Shown: positions 21,168 through 29,796 of the stretch, piece by piece
Position numbering within the stretch: the first letter of the stretch is position 1
Layout of the letters: each line of letters begins with the position of its first letter
NCBI GenBank assembly: GCA_963823035.1
Contig: CAWGKG010000018.1
Location: forward strand, 352,001-416,000
DNA from: an uncultured Gemmatimonadales bacterium
Lineage (GTDB): Bacteria; Gemmatimonadota; Gemmatimonadetes; Longimicrobiales; Gaopeijiaceae
Direction of reading: 5' to 3'
DNA length: 64,000 nucleotides
The notes under the pieces: generated by a model
Seen by the model: the letters and a program-made list of their open reading frames with translations, nothing else
Told to the model about the DNA's origin: nothing
Databases searched by the model: none
Made by a program: the position numbers and the translations under genes

Positions 21168-22060
21168 CGCGGGGCCTCTCCCTCCCTGGCGGGGAGGACG
21201 ATGCCGATCTGCGTGCCCGGGAAGGGTGTGAGCCCCTCCACCAGGGGCGGGGCGTCGTCCCAATCGGGATACTGACCGATGCGCGCCGATCCGCTCCGGA
21301 TCGTCATCGAGCCGTTCCATCGCTGGACCTGCCGGCGGATCTGCTGGATGCCCTGCCCCCGACCCGAGTCCGGGAAGCGCGTGAGGCCGTGCAGGAAGGC
21401 CGCCTCGAGCGCCGTCGAGTCGCTCCACCGGTCGCCGTAGCGGGCGGCGTGCTCGTCGGTCAGCGAGCCACGGAAGCCCCGCCCGCGGTCCATCACGGAG
21501 ATCACGACGACCCAGCGGCCCAGGCGGCGCGACCAGTTGTAGGCCTGGGCGGCCACCCAGCCGGGACCGTCGGCGTGCTCGATGACGTTCTGGCAGACCT
21601 CCGAGAGGATGACGCTGAACTGTACGACGGCCGTGGCCGGATAGCCGAGCTTCGCCGCGAGGATGGCGCCCGCGCGGCTCTGGACGCGGTCCACGACCGA
21701 GTGGACGTCGGCGTTGGCCCGGATGGGTGTGATCTCGAGAAGCACGTCGGAGGGGCCCGATCCCCGTTTCGGCGCCTTGTCCTCGAACTCGAGGACGCCC
21801 TGCGCCTCCTGGAAGAAGCCCATCCGGCTCAGGTAGCCGAGCACGTCCGGGCTCTCCGGAAGCTCGAGGCGCGGGAGCGCGCCCTGGCGCTCGCCCGCCA
21901 CGGCGCCGGCGAGGAGGAGCGCGAGCATCCCGTTGGGGTCCACCCAGCGCACGTGGCGGGCGTCGAGGAGACAGCGCCGCCCGTCCGGGGCGGCCACGCG
22001 GTCGAGGAAATCGTCCACGCTCTGCTGGTCCATGGAGCCCGGCACCGAGATGACCTGCAC
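21164..22060 (-). CDS. STAS-like domain fused to a GHKL (histidine kinase-like) ATPase
   Basis: LLDARHVRWVDPNGM...YLSRMGF; N box SEVCQNVIEHA; G1 DRGRG; G2 GRGQG. GTG start with GGAG upstream. Confidence 0.78.
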   Translation of the reverse strand: MQVISVPGSMDQQSVDDFLDRVAAPDGRRCLLDARHVRWVDPNGMLALLLAGAVAGERQGALPRLELPESPDVLGYLSRMGFFQEAQGVLEFEDKAPKRGSGPSDVLLEITPIRANADVHSVVDRVQSRAGAILAAKLGYPATAVVQFSVILSEVCQNVIEHADGPGWVAAQAYNWSRRLGRWVVVISVMDRGRGFRGSLTDEHAARYGDRWSDSTALEAAFLHGLTRFPDSGRGQGIQQIRRQVQRWNGSMTIRSGSARIGQYPDWDDAPPLVEGLTPFPGTQIGIVLPAREGEAPR

Positions 22061-22083
22061 GATCCAACTCCTGGAGGGGGTAG

Positions 22084-23067
22084 CTACTCTTCCACGCGGG
22101 ACAGACGGCCGCCGAGATGGCGAAAGAGCCCCCGCGCGCCGCGGTGGCTGACGTTGCGGGTCGCCAGCCGGTTGGCCTCTTTCATGGCCGCCTCGAGCGC
22201 GTCCCCGGCGAGGAGGCGCGCGAAGAAGGTAGCACCCCACACGTCCCCGCACCCGGTGGGATCCCCCTCGAGCGCGAGGCCGTCGAGTGGCACGCGCGCG
22301 GAACGTGCCGAGCCGGTGATCGTGAGGGGCGCCCGTACGCGCCACTCGTCGGGGTCCGGCGTGAAGTCCGCGGCCGCCACGTAGGCCGCGCCCCGGGGGC
22401 CGAGCGTCACCGTCAGGAGCTTCAGCTCGGGACCGAGGGCGTCTGCCGCGAGCCGCCACGGGTCTCCCGACGACCCGCCGAGGAGGGTGAACTCGTCCTC
22501 GTTCATCTGCGCTCCGTCGAAGCAGGTGAGCCAGTCCGCCCAGGCCTGCAGCGCGCGCGGAACGCGCACGCCCGACGGGTTGATGCCGAGGAAGAGGGAA
22601 TGCAGGTCGGCGTAGATCGGACCCCCGTATCCGGCCCGGAGAGCGCGCGCGGCGGGCAGCCCCATCTCGTATCCGGAGATGAAGTTCACATAGAGCGCGT
22701 CGCACAGGTCCGTCACGGGTGCGAGCTCCGGCCAGCTCCAGGGAGGCACGCCGCCGCTCAGGCGCTCGGTGCGCCGGTCGGTGCTCGTGTAGCGGAGCTC
22801 GACGCGATTGTTGGCCTCGGGAACCACGACGACGGCCGAGGGGTCCACGCGGGGGATCTCACGCAGGAAACGGAACGCCCCCTCGGCGAGGTCCCTGCCG
22901 ACCTTGATGATGGGCAGGACGGTCCACGTCTCGGGAAGCGCCGCGCCCAGGGCCGAGAGGGCGTACGCGATGCCGCCCCACTCCTCGACCGGCCCGGCGC
23001 GGCCGTCCCGATCGAGAATGCGATCCCAAACGAGCGTGCCCACCACGCCCAGCGTGCGACGGGCCAC
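22084..23067 (-). CDS. PfkB/ribokinase family carbohydrate kinase
   Basis: WGGIAY, MNEDE, VTLGPRGA and DPTGCGDVWGA motifs. Confidence 0.8.
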   Translation of the reverse strand: MARRTLGVVGTLVWDRILDRDGRAGPVEEWGGIAYALSALGAALPETWTVLPIIKVGRDLAEGAFRFLREIPRVDPSAVVVVPEANNRVELRYTSTDRRTERLSGGVPPWSWPELAPVTDLCDALYVNFISGYEMGLPAARALRAGYGGPIYADLHSLFLGINPSGVRVPRALQAWADWLTCFDGAQMNEDEFTLLGGSSGDPWRLAADALGPELKLLTVTLGPRGAAYVAAADFTPDPDEWRVRAPLTITGSARSARVPLDGLALEGDPTGCGDVWGATFFARLLAGDALEAAMKEANRLATRNVSHRGARGLFRHLGGRLSRVEE

Positions 23068-23073
23068 CGGCCG

Positions 23074-24066
23074 CTACTCCTCCCCGTCGCTCCGGCCGCA
23101 GAGGAAGAGCCCCGCGGCACCGATCACGCCGGCGGTCTCCGGAAGCTCACCGGGCACGATCCGGCAGACACGCTCCGCGCTCTTGAACGCGCGACGGCGG
23201 ACCTCGGAGCGAAGGGGAGTGAAGAGGTAGTCGCCGGCACGGGTCACCCCCCCGACGATGACGACCGCCTCGGGATTCAGGATGTTCACGATGTTCGCGA
23301 TGCCGGCGCCCAGGAGCTTGGCGGTCTCGACCATCACCTCGCCGGCGTACACGTCGCCCTGGAGGATGGCCTCGTACACGGTGACCGCGGTGATGCGCTC
23401 GAGGTCACCGTCCACCAGACCGACGAGCAGGGTCTCGGCGCCCGCCTCGATTCCCTCGCGCGCCCGGGCGGCGATGTTCGGCCCGGAGGCGTAGGCCTCC
23501 AGGCAGCCGTAGTTGCCGCATTTGCAGCGTCGGCCCGTGAAGTCGATCGTCATGTGGCCGAGCTCCCCCGCGGACGCCGAGGCGCCGTGCACGAGCCTGC
23601 CGTCGAGGATCAAGCCGCCCCCGATTCCCGTGCCGAGCGTGACGCCGACCAGGTTGCGGACGCCCCTCCCGGCACCCTGCCAATACTCGCCCCAGGTGGC
23701 GCAGTTCGCGTCGTTGTCCAGCGAGGTGGGTAGCCCGACCGCCTCCGCGACCCGGTCTCGGATCGGGAAGTCCCTCCATCCCAGGTTGAAGGCATCCAGC
23801 ACCACGCCGGCCTTCAGATCCAGGGGGCCCGGACTGCCGATCCCGACCCCGATCACGTCCTCCCGGGCGCCCACCACCTCCGCGAGCCCTTCGGTGATCA
23901 CCTCCTCGATGATGCGGGCCAGATGCCCCACCACCTCCTCCGGCGCCCCCAGCGAAGAGGTGCTCCGGACGCGCAGCGATCGGGCCGGGCCGCCTTCCAT
24001 GGGAACGAGCCCCACGACGACGTAGGTGCCTCCGATGTCGACACCCACCACCCATCGTCCGCTCAT
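23074..24066 (-). CDS. ROK family sugar kinase (glucokinase-like)
   Basis: GVDIGGT, DNDANCA, TLGTGIGGG, GELGH and CKCGNYGCLE motifs. Confidence 0.92.
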   Translation of the reverse strand: MSGRWVVGVDIGGTYVVVGLVPMEGGPARSLRVRSTSSLGAPEEVVGHLARIIEEVITEGLAEVVGAREDVIGVGIGSPGPLDLKAGVVLDAFNLGWRDFPIRDRVAEAVGLPTSLDNDANCATWGEYWQGAGRGVRNLVGVTLGTGIGGGLILDGRLVHGASASAGELGHMTIDFTGRRCKCGNYGCLEAYASGPNIAARAREGIEAGAETLLVGLVDGDLERITAVTVYEAILQGDVYAGEVMVETAKLLGAGIANIVNILNPEAVVIVGGVTRAGDYLFTPLRSEVRRRAFKSAERVCRIVPGELPETAGVIGAAGLFLCGRSDGEE

Positions 24067-25083
24067 GCGGGCGTGTCCTCCAGGATTCCGCGCGCGGCCG
24101 AGAGGACCTCCGCCTCGGTGATGAGTCGCATGCATTCCTCGTGGGCTTCGGGAAGGAGCGTGCCCGGTCCCATGCGCGGGCACTCGTTCTTGAAACAGGG
24201 CTTGCAGGGCAACGGGGCGCCCGTCACACGCACGTCGCGTCCTCCCACCGGGCACACCTCCGCCGGATCCGACGGACCCCAGAGCGTAACGGTCGGCGTA
24301 CCGACCGCGCCCGCGAGGTGCATCGGACCGGTGTCGTTCGTCACCACCAATTGGCACACCGAAAGCAGCGCCGCCAGTCCCGGCAGGTCGGTGGCACCTC
24401 CGGCATCGACGGCCGCGGGCGCCGCCTCGCACACCCGACGGGTGACGTCCCGCTCCGCGGGCGCTCCCATCACCACCACGCGGAGCCCGTCCCCGGTGAG
24501 GCTGCGGGCCACGGCGCCGAAGCGCTCCGCCGGCCACCTGCGCGCCGGCGCATTGGAGCCCGGGAAGAGCCCAACCACCCCGCCTTCCCCGCCGAGGCGC
24601 GCGCGCCACTCCTCCACCCGCTCGGTGGGTGGTTGGAGGGGATGGTGGCGGGCGGGCGTGTCCGGGTCCTGCCCCATCAGGAGCTTGTACTGGTTGATGC
24701 GGTGCCGGCCCTTCAGGGTGGCGCGCGCGATGGCATCGGTGAGCATCCACGTGCGGGCGTCGCCCACCGTGCCGCGTAGCCGGCGCACACCGCCCCAGCG
24801 GAACATCCACGCCGCGCTGAACGAGGGGGTGAGGAGCGTGCCGCGGCCGTACCCCGCGCGCCGCAGCCTCACCACCGCGTCCCGCCACCCGTCGATCCCC
24901 CGGTCGAAGGGGAAGACGCGGCCGGGCAGGTCGGCCAGGTCGAGGAGGGGCGCGAGCCAGCGGCGCACCCACACGTCCGACCCATCCGCCGACGAGCGCC
25001 GGGAGCGCCATGATCACGTCGCCGAGGTGGTTCGGAGCACGAATCACGTGCCTGCGCTCCGACGCCCCCCCGTCCCGGGTCAC
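24063..25083 (-). CDS. waaF: GT9 lipopolysaccharide heptosyltransferase II-like (+1 break near 24995)
   Basis: [34 protein letters not shown] and CKPC...CP...CM motifs. Confidence 0.8.
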
Positions 25084-26882
25084 TCGTCGCCGAGGTTCAG
25101 GACGGCGAGGAAGGCCTCCTGGGGGATCTCCACGGACCCCACCTGCTTCATGCGCCGCTTCCCTTCCTTCTGCTTCTCCAGGAGCTTGCGCTTACGCGTG
25201 ATGTCGCCGCCGTAGCACTTGGCCGTCACGTTCTTGCGCAGCGCCTTCACGTTCGTGCGCGCGACGACGTTGTTGCCGATCGCGGCCTGTAGGGCCACCT
25301 CGTACTGCTGTCGGGGAATCAGCTCCTTCAGCTTGCGCACCAGGTCGCGCCCGTAGTCGAAGGCCTTGTCCTCGTGGATGATCACGCTGAACGCGTCCAC
25401 CGGGTCGCCGTTCACGAGGATGTCGAGCTTGATGAGGGCGTCCGGGCGGTACTCGAGGAAATCGTAGTCCAGCGCAGCGTATCCGCGCGTCCCGCTCTTC
25501 AGCCGATCATAGAAGTCGAGCACGATCTCGGAGAGCGGCAACTCGAAGTTGATCTCGACCCGCTGCGGGTCGAGATAGCTCATCCCCTTGAACACGCCGC
25601 GCCGCTCGTGGCAGAGCTTCTGCACGTTGCCGATGTACTCGGCCGGACAGACGATGTGCGCCCTCACGATCGGCTCGCTTACGCTGTCGATGCGGCCGGC
25701 GTCGGGGAGCGCAGTGGGGCTCTCGACCCGCAGATCCTCCCCGTTCGTGAGGTGCACGTGGTACTCCACGTTGGGCACCGTGGTGATGAGGTCCACGCCG
25801 AACTCGCGCTCGAGCCGCTCCTGCACGATCTCCATGTGCAGGAGCCCCAGGAAGCCGCAGCGGAACCCGAAGCCGAGCGCCACGGACGTCTCCGGCTCGT
25901 AGTGGAGGCTGGCGTCGTTGAGGCGGAGCTTCTCCAGCGCGTCGCGCAGGTCCTCGTAGTCGTCCGAGGAGGTCGGGTAGAGCCCGGCGAACACCATCGG
26001 ACGGGCCTCCTTGTAGCCGGGAAGGAGGTTGGTCGCGCGCCGCTCCGCGTCGAGGACGGTGTCGCCCACGCGGGTGTCGGACACCTCTTTGATCGCCGCG
26101 ACCACGTAGCCCACCTCGCCGGGCGTGAGCGCGTCCTGGCGCTGGCGACCGAGGCGGAGGTAGCCGACCTCGGTGACCTCGTACCTGCGGTCGACGTTGC
26201 CGAAGGTGATCTCCATGCCGGCTCGGATCTCACCGTCCACGACGCGCACCGACGGGACGGCGCCCAGGTACTTGTCGTAGTAGGAGTCGAAGATGAGCGC
26301 CCTCAGCGGGGCGTCCGCGTCTCCCTCCGGCGCGGGCACCCGCTGCACGATGGCTTCGAGGATCGGTTCGATGCCGATGCCCTCCTTCGCGCTCGCGAGC
26401 AGGACCGAGTCCGGATCCACGCCCAGGAGGTCGGCCAGCTCCTCGCGGCGGCGCTCGGGCTCCGCACCGGGGAGGTCGATCTTGTTCAGGACCGGGACGA
26501 CCTCCAGCCCGGCGTCCAGCGCCAGGAAGAGGTTGGAGAGCGTCTGCGCCTGCACCCCCTGTGTGGCGTCCACCACCAGGAGCGCTCCTTCACACGCGGC
26601 CAGCGAACGCGACACTTCGTACGTGAAGTCCACGTGCCCGGGGGTGTCGATCAGGTTGAGCTCGTAGTCGTCCCCGTCGGACGAGCGGTAGCCCATGCGC
26701 ACGGCATGCAGCTTGATGGTGATGCCGCGCTCGCGCTCGAGTTCGTTGTCGTCCAGCACCTGCGAGCGCATCTGCCGCTTGTCGAGCGTGGCGGTACGCT
26801 CGAGCAGCCGATCGGCCAACGTCGACTTGCCGTGGTCGATGTGGGCGACGATGCAGAAGTTGCGGATGTGGTCGAGGCGCAC
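25080..26882 (-). CDS. lepA: Translation elongation factor 4
   Basis: [39 protein letters not shown] and [21 protein letters not shown] motifs. Confidence 0.98.
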   Translation of the reverse strand: MRLDHIRNFCIVAHIDHGKSTLADRLLERTATLDKRQMRSQVLDDNELERERGITIKLHAVRMGYRSSDGDDYELNLIDTPGHVDFTYEVSRSLAACEGALLVVDATQGVQAQTLSNLFLALDAGLEVVPVLNKIDLPGAEPERRREELADLLGVDPDSVLLASAKEGIGIEPILEAIVQRVPAPEGDADAPLRALIFDSYYDKYLGAVPSVRVVDGEIRAGMEITFGNVDRRYEVTEVGYLRLGRQRQDALTPGEVGYVVAAIKEVSDTRVGDTVLDAERRATNLLPGYKEARPMVFAGLYPTSSDDYEDLRDALEKLRLNDASLHYEPETSVALGFGFRCGFLGLLHMEIVQERLEREFGVDLITTVPNVEYHVHLTNGEDLRVESPTALPDAGRIDSVSEPIVRAHIVCPAEYIGNVQKLCHERRGVFKGMSYLDPQRVEINFELPLSEIVLDFYDRLKSGTRGYAALDYDFLEYRPDALIKLDILVNGDPVDAFSVIIHEDKAFDYGRDLVRKLKELIPRQQYEVALQAAIGNNVVARTNVKALRKNVTAKCYGGDITRKRKLLEKQKEGKRRMKQVGSVEIPQEAFLAVLNLGDE

Positions 26883-26988
26883 GTCGTGCCGGGGCGTTTC
26901 GGCCGGGTTCGGGTCCGCGTTCCGACCCGCGCGGTCGGCGCGTCGGGCGGATAGACCATGAAAGTTAACAGGTCACGGACCCTTCCCG

Positions 26989-28452
26989 TCAGTTGCCTCC
27001 GCCCGGCTTGCGTGGCTTCGGCGCGGAGGTCCGCCCGCCGCCCGGCTTGGCCGGTGGCTTGGCCGACGGACGCGAGGGCCGGGCCTGCGGCCGGCTCGAG
27101 CGCGTCGGCGCGGGGCGGGCGCTCGGGCGCGTCGGCGTCGGCCGCGACGTGGACGGCCGCGACGTGGACGGGCGCGCCGTGGACGGACGCGACGCGGCGC
27201 CGCCCGTCGGTGGACGCACCACGCGTGAGCCACCCCCGCTCCGGGACGGCGGAGACTGCGTGGTCGGACGGCGCTGGAGCGTGGGCCGCTCCTGCGTCCG
27301 GGGCACGCTCGGCCGCGCGTCCGTTCGCCCTGGCAGGGGGACGGCCCGTCGGGACGTCGGATCCGGCCGGGTGGGCGTCACGCCGCGCGTCGGCGGCGTG
27401 GACCGGGTGGTGGGGTTCCCGCGTGTCGGCGTGGACGGCTCCACCGTGCCCCGCCTGGGGAGCACGCCCGGGGTGTTGCCGCCGCGGGGCTCCGCGGTCC
27501 TCGTCGTCGACGAAGGTCGCGCCGTCCCGGAGGAGCCCCGGTTGTCCCGGAGAGCGTCGCTCGGCACGACCCGGCGCCGCGGAGGCACGAACTCGGGCAT
27601 CGCGGGAGCGGCCACGGCAGGCTCACGGTAGCCGACCGAGCCACCCAGCGGAGGCTGCCGCGTACGCACGACCGGGCTCCACGCCTCGCCCGACGCGCGC
27701 TCCTTGAACTCGAAGCGCGCGATGCCGCGCGGGGGCTGCGCGAACACGACGCGCGTGCCCCGATACCGGTAGGCCGGATAGAAGTACGGATCGTCCCAGA
27801 TCACCACCCGGAAGCTGGAGCAGGCGTAGGTGTACGGATTCCACGATGCGTAGCTCTGGAAGCCGTGGCAGTCGTAGCAGAGAAAGCGCGGGTACTCGTG
27901 GGGCTCGCCCACGTCGTAGGAGATGAAGTCCAGCGCGTACGGGGCGGTCTCCCAGTCGGGAAGGAGGCGGGCCACGTACTCGTCGATGGCGACGTACGGG
28001 TCCTGGTAGACGGAACGCCCCACGTTCGTGAGATCCCACCCGCGGTCGGAGCGCGCGTAGTCGAAGGCGCTGAAGTCGAAGGGCTCCGGCGAGGCGATCA
28101 GGAAGAAGTAGCCCTTCCCCGGATACTCGTCGACAAACCAGTACGGAGACTGAGGGAAGAGGAGCCGGTAGTCACGACCGCCGCGCGCAAAGTACTCGTC
28201 GTCGGGGGCACGGGGATGCAACAGCTGGACGGAGCCGTCCGTGTCGATGTGCACGATCGCGGTGTACGCACTCTCCGACGTCCGGTAGTAGACCCGGATG
28301 CGGTCGCCCCGTTGCAGCAGGGGCTCCTCGCCCCGGTCGAGCCAGACCCGGGCCTGCAACGCGTCCGTGTCGGCGACGTCCTGTGCCGACAGCCCCCCCG
28401 AGGATGCGAGGAGCAGGGCCAGCACGCCGATCGACCGTCGAATCTCCATCAT
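26989..28452 (-). CDS. Secreted DUF4384-like protein with a CxxCH motif and long Pro/Arg/Ser-rich tail
   Basis: Signal peptide, GDRIRVYYRT..AY...IDTDG.V.LLHP pattern, CYDCH, low-complexity C-terminus. Confidence 0.7.
   Translation of the reverse strand: MMEIRRSIGVLALLLASSGGLSAQDVADTDALQARVWLDRGEEPLLQRGDRIRVYYRTSESAYTAIVHIDTDGSVQLLHPRAPDDEYFARGGRDYRLLFPQSPYWFVDEYPGKGYFFLIASPEPFDFSAFDYARSDRGWDLTNVGRSVYQDPYVAIDEYVARLLPDWETAPYALDFISYDVGEPHEYPRFLCYDCHGFQSYASWNPYTYACSSFRVVIWDDPYFYPAYRYRGTRVVFAQPPRGIARFEFKERASGEAWSPVVRTRQPPLGGSVGYREPAVAAPAMPEFVPPRRRVVPSDALRDNRGSSGTARPSSTTRTAEPRGGNTPGVLPRRGTVEPSTPTRGNPTTRSTPPTRGVTPTRPDPTSRRAVPLPGRTDARPSVPRTQERPTLQRRPTTQSPPSRSGGGSRVVRPPTGGAASRPSTARPSTSRPSTSRPTPTRPSARPAPTRSSRPQARPSRPSAKPPAKPGGGRTSAPKPRKPGGGN
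27140..27193 (-). repeat. 15-bp tandem repeat (about 3.5 copies) encoding RPST(A/S)
   Basis: ggccgcgacgtggac x2, gggcgcgccgtggac, ggacgcgac. Confidence 0.8.
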
Positions 28453-28489
28453 GACTCCGTTACGCGCATGAATCCTCTCCAGGCATGGC

Positions 28490-28505
28490 GCACGACCCGT
28501 GCCAA
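28490..28505 (-). promoter_or_regulatory. Putative sigma54 -24/-12 promoter
   Basis: Minus strand reads TTGGCACGGGTCGTGC (GG-N10-GC with TGGCACG), about 40 nt upstream of the ATG at 28452. Confidence 0.6.
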
Positions 28506-28671
28506 GTGCCGGGCCCCCGGCGCGCGTGCCCTTTCCCGGGGGGGCGTCCCTGTTGGAGGACACCCGTGCCGACTCGGGAGGACACATCCGGGAGACCGCG
28601 CCCGGCGCGCTCGGACGGGCGGGGCGCCTCCATTGCATTCCTCGGACAGGCTCCTAGGTTCCGGGCCGCCC

Positions 28672-29601
28672 ATGACCCAGGAACGACGCATCGACGCGGC
28701 CGGCGCCCGGCCCGACCTCCTCGACCCCGCCACGCTGGCCCAGCTCGGCGGCATCGAGCTCATCGCCCACGAGGTCGTCGAGGGGTTCCTGATGGGCCTC
28801 CACCGCTCCCCGCACCGCGGCTTCTCGGCGGAATTCGCCGAGCTTCGGGCCTACCAGTCGGGCGACGACCTGCGCTACATCGACTGGCGGATGTACGGGC
28901 GTTCGGATCGGTTCTACGTGAAGCAGTTCGAGGAGGAGACGAACCTCCGGGCACACATCCTCATCGACGTGAGCGAGTCGATGGGTTGGAGCTCCGACCC
29001 GTCCTCGCTCCCGACCAAGCTCTGGTACGCGAAGCACCTCGCCGCCTGCCTCGCGCTCATCCTGCTCCGCCAGGGCGACTCCGTGGGGATGGCGGCCTTC
29101 CACGACCACATCGTCGACCGCCTCCAGGCGCGCGGCGGTCGGCGGCAGTGGAACGAGCTGGTTCGCCGGCTGATCCCCCTGGAGGCGCACGGCGGCACCT
29201 CCGCGGAGACCGCGCTGCGCGATCTGGCCGTGCGGCTCCGACGCCGCGGCCTCGTCGTGCTCCTCTCCGATCTCCTGGTGGCCCCCGAGGCGACGCGCAT
29301 GGCGCTCAAGTTCCTGCGCCACCACGGACACGAGGTCCTGGTCTTCCATCTTGTCGACCCGGGGGAGCGCGAGCTCCCCGCCGCCTCGGAGGCGCGCTTC
29401 TACGACCCCGAGACCGGCCGGGAGATCACGGTGAGCGTGGCGGACATCCGCCGCGAGTACCGCGACGCCGTCTCGGCCGCCCTCCTCGAGTGGGAGCGCA
29501 GCCTGCGGCCGCAGGGCATCGACTACGAGGTCGTGGACACCGACCGGCCGCTGTCGCTGGCGCTGCGCTCGTACCTGCGCAAGCGCGAGCGGCTGGGATG
29601 A
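28672..29601 (+). CDS. DUF58 domain protein (MoxR-associated, VWA-like)
   Basis: GLHRSPHRGFSAEFAELRAYQSGDDLRYIDW, KQFEEETN, DVSESM and VLLSDL motifs. Confidence 0.9.
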   Translation: MTQERRIDAAGARPDLLDPATLAQLGGIELIAHEVVEGFLMGLHRSPHRGFSAEFAELRAYQSGDDLRYIDWRMYGRSDRFYVKQFEEETNLRAHILIDVSESMGWSSDPSSLPTKLWYAKHLAACLALILLRQGDSVGMAAFHDHIVDRLQARGGRRQWNELVRRLIPLEAHGGTSAETALRDLAVRLRRRGLVVLLSDLLVAPEATRMALKFLRHHGHEVLVFHLVDPGERELPAASEARFYDPETGREITVSVADIRREYRDAVSAALLEWERSLRPQGIDYEVVDTDRPLSLALRSYLRKRERLG

Positions 29602-29611
29602 GGGAGCACTA

Positions 29612-29791
29612 GTGTTCTGTCCCAGAAGTTCGTTGCGCACCGGGGGTGCCGAAGCGCCGCCGTGGCAAGGCGCGACGACGAGGAATAGCAGCGCTATGGG
29701 GTACCCGCGCCGAAGGCGTGGGTCGAGGAGCAACGCAGCCACGGTGGATGCAGCGGCGCACGAATGCCGACGAACTTCTGGGACAGGACAC
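29612..29791. mobile_element. 180-bp non-autonomous MITE-like element
   Basis: Terminal inverted repeats GTGTTCTGTCCCAGAAGTTCGTTG / CGACGAACTTCTGGGACAGGACAC (22/24 matches), flanked by CTA on both sides (29609-29611, 29792-29794); no transposase. Confidence 0.85.
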
Positions 29792-29796
29792 CTAGC

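Noticed and set aside
27100..27400. Possible CRISPR array or non-coding repeat
   Set aside because: These are 15-bp coding tandem repeats without spacers, and there are no cas genes.
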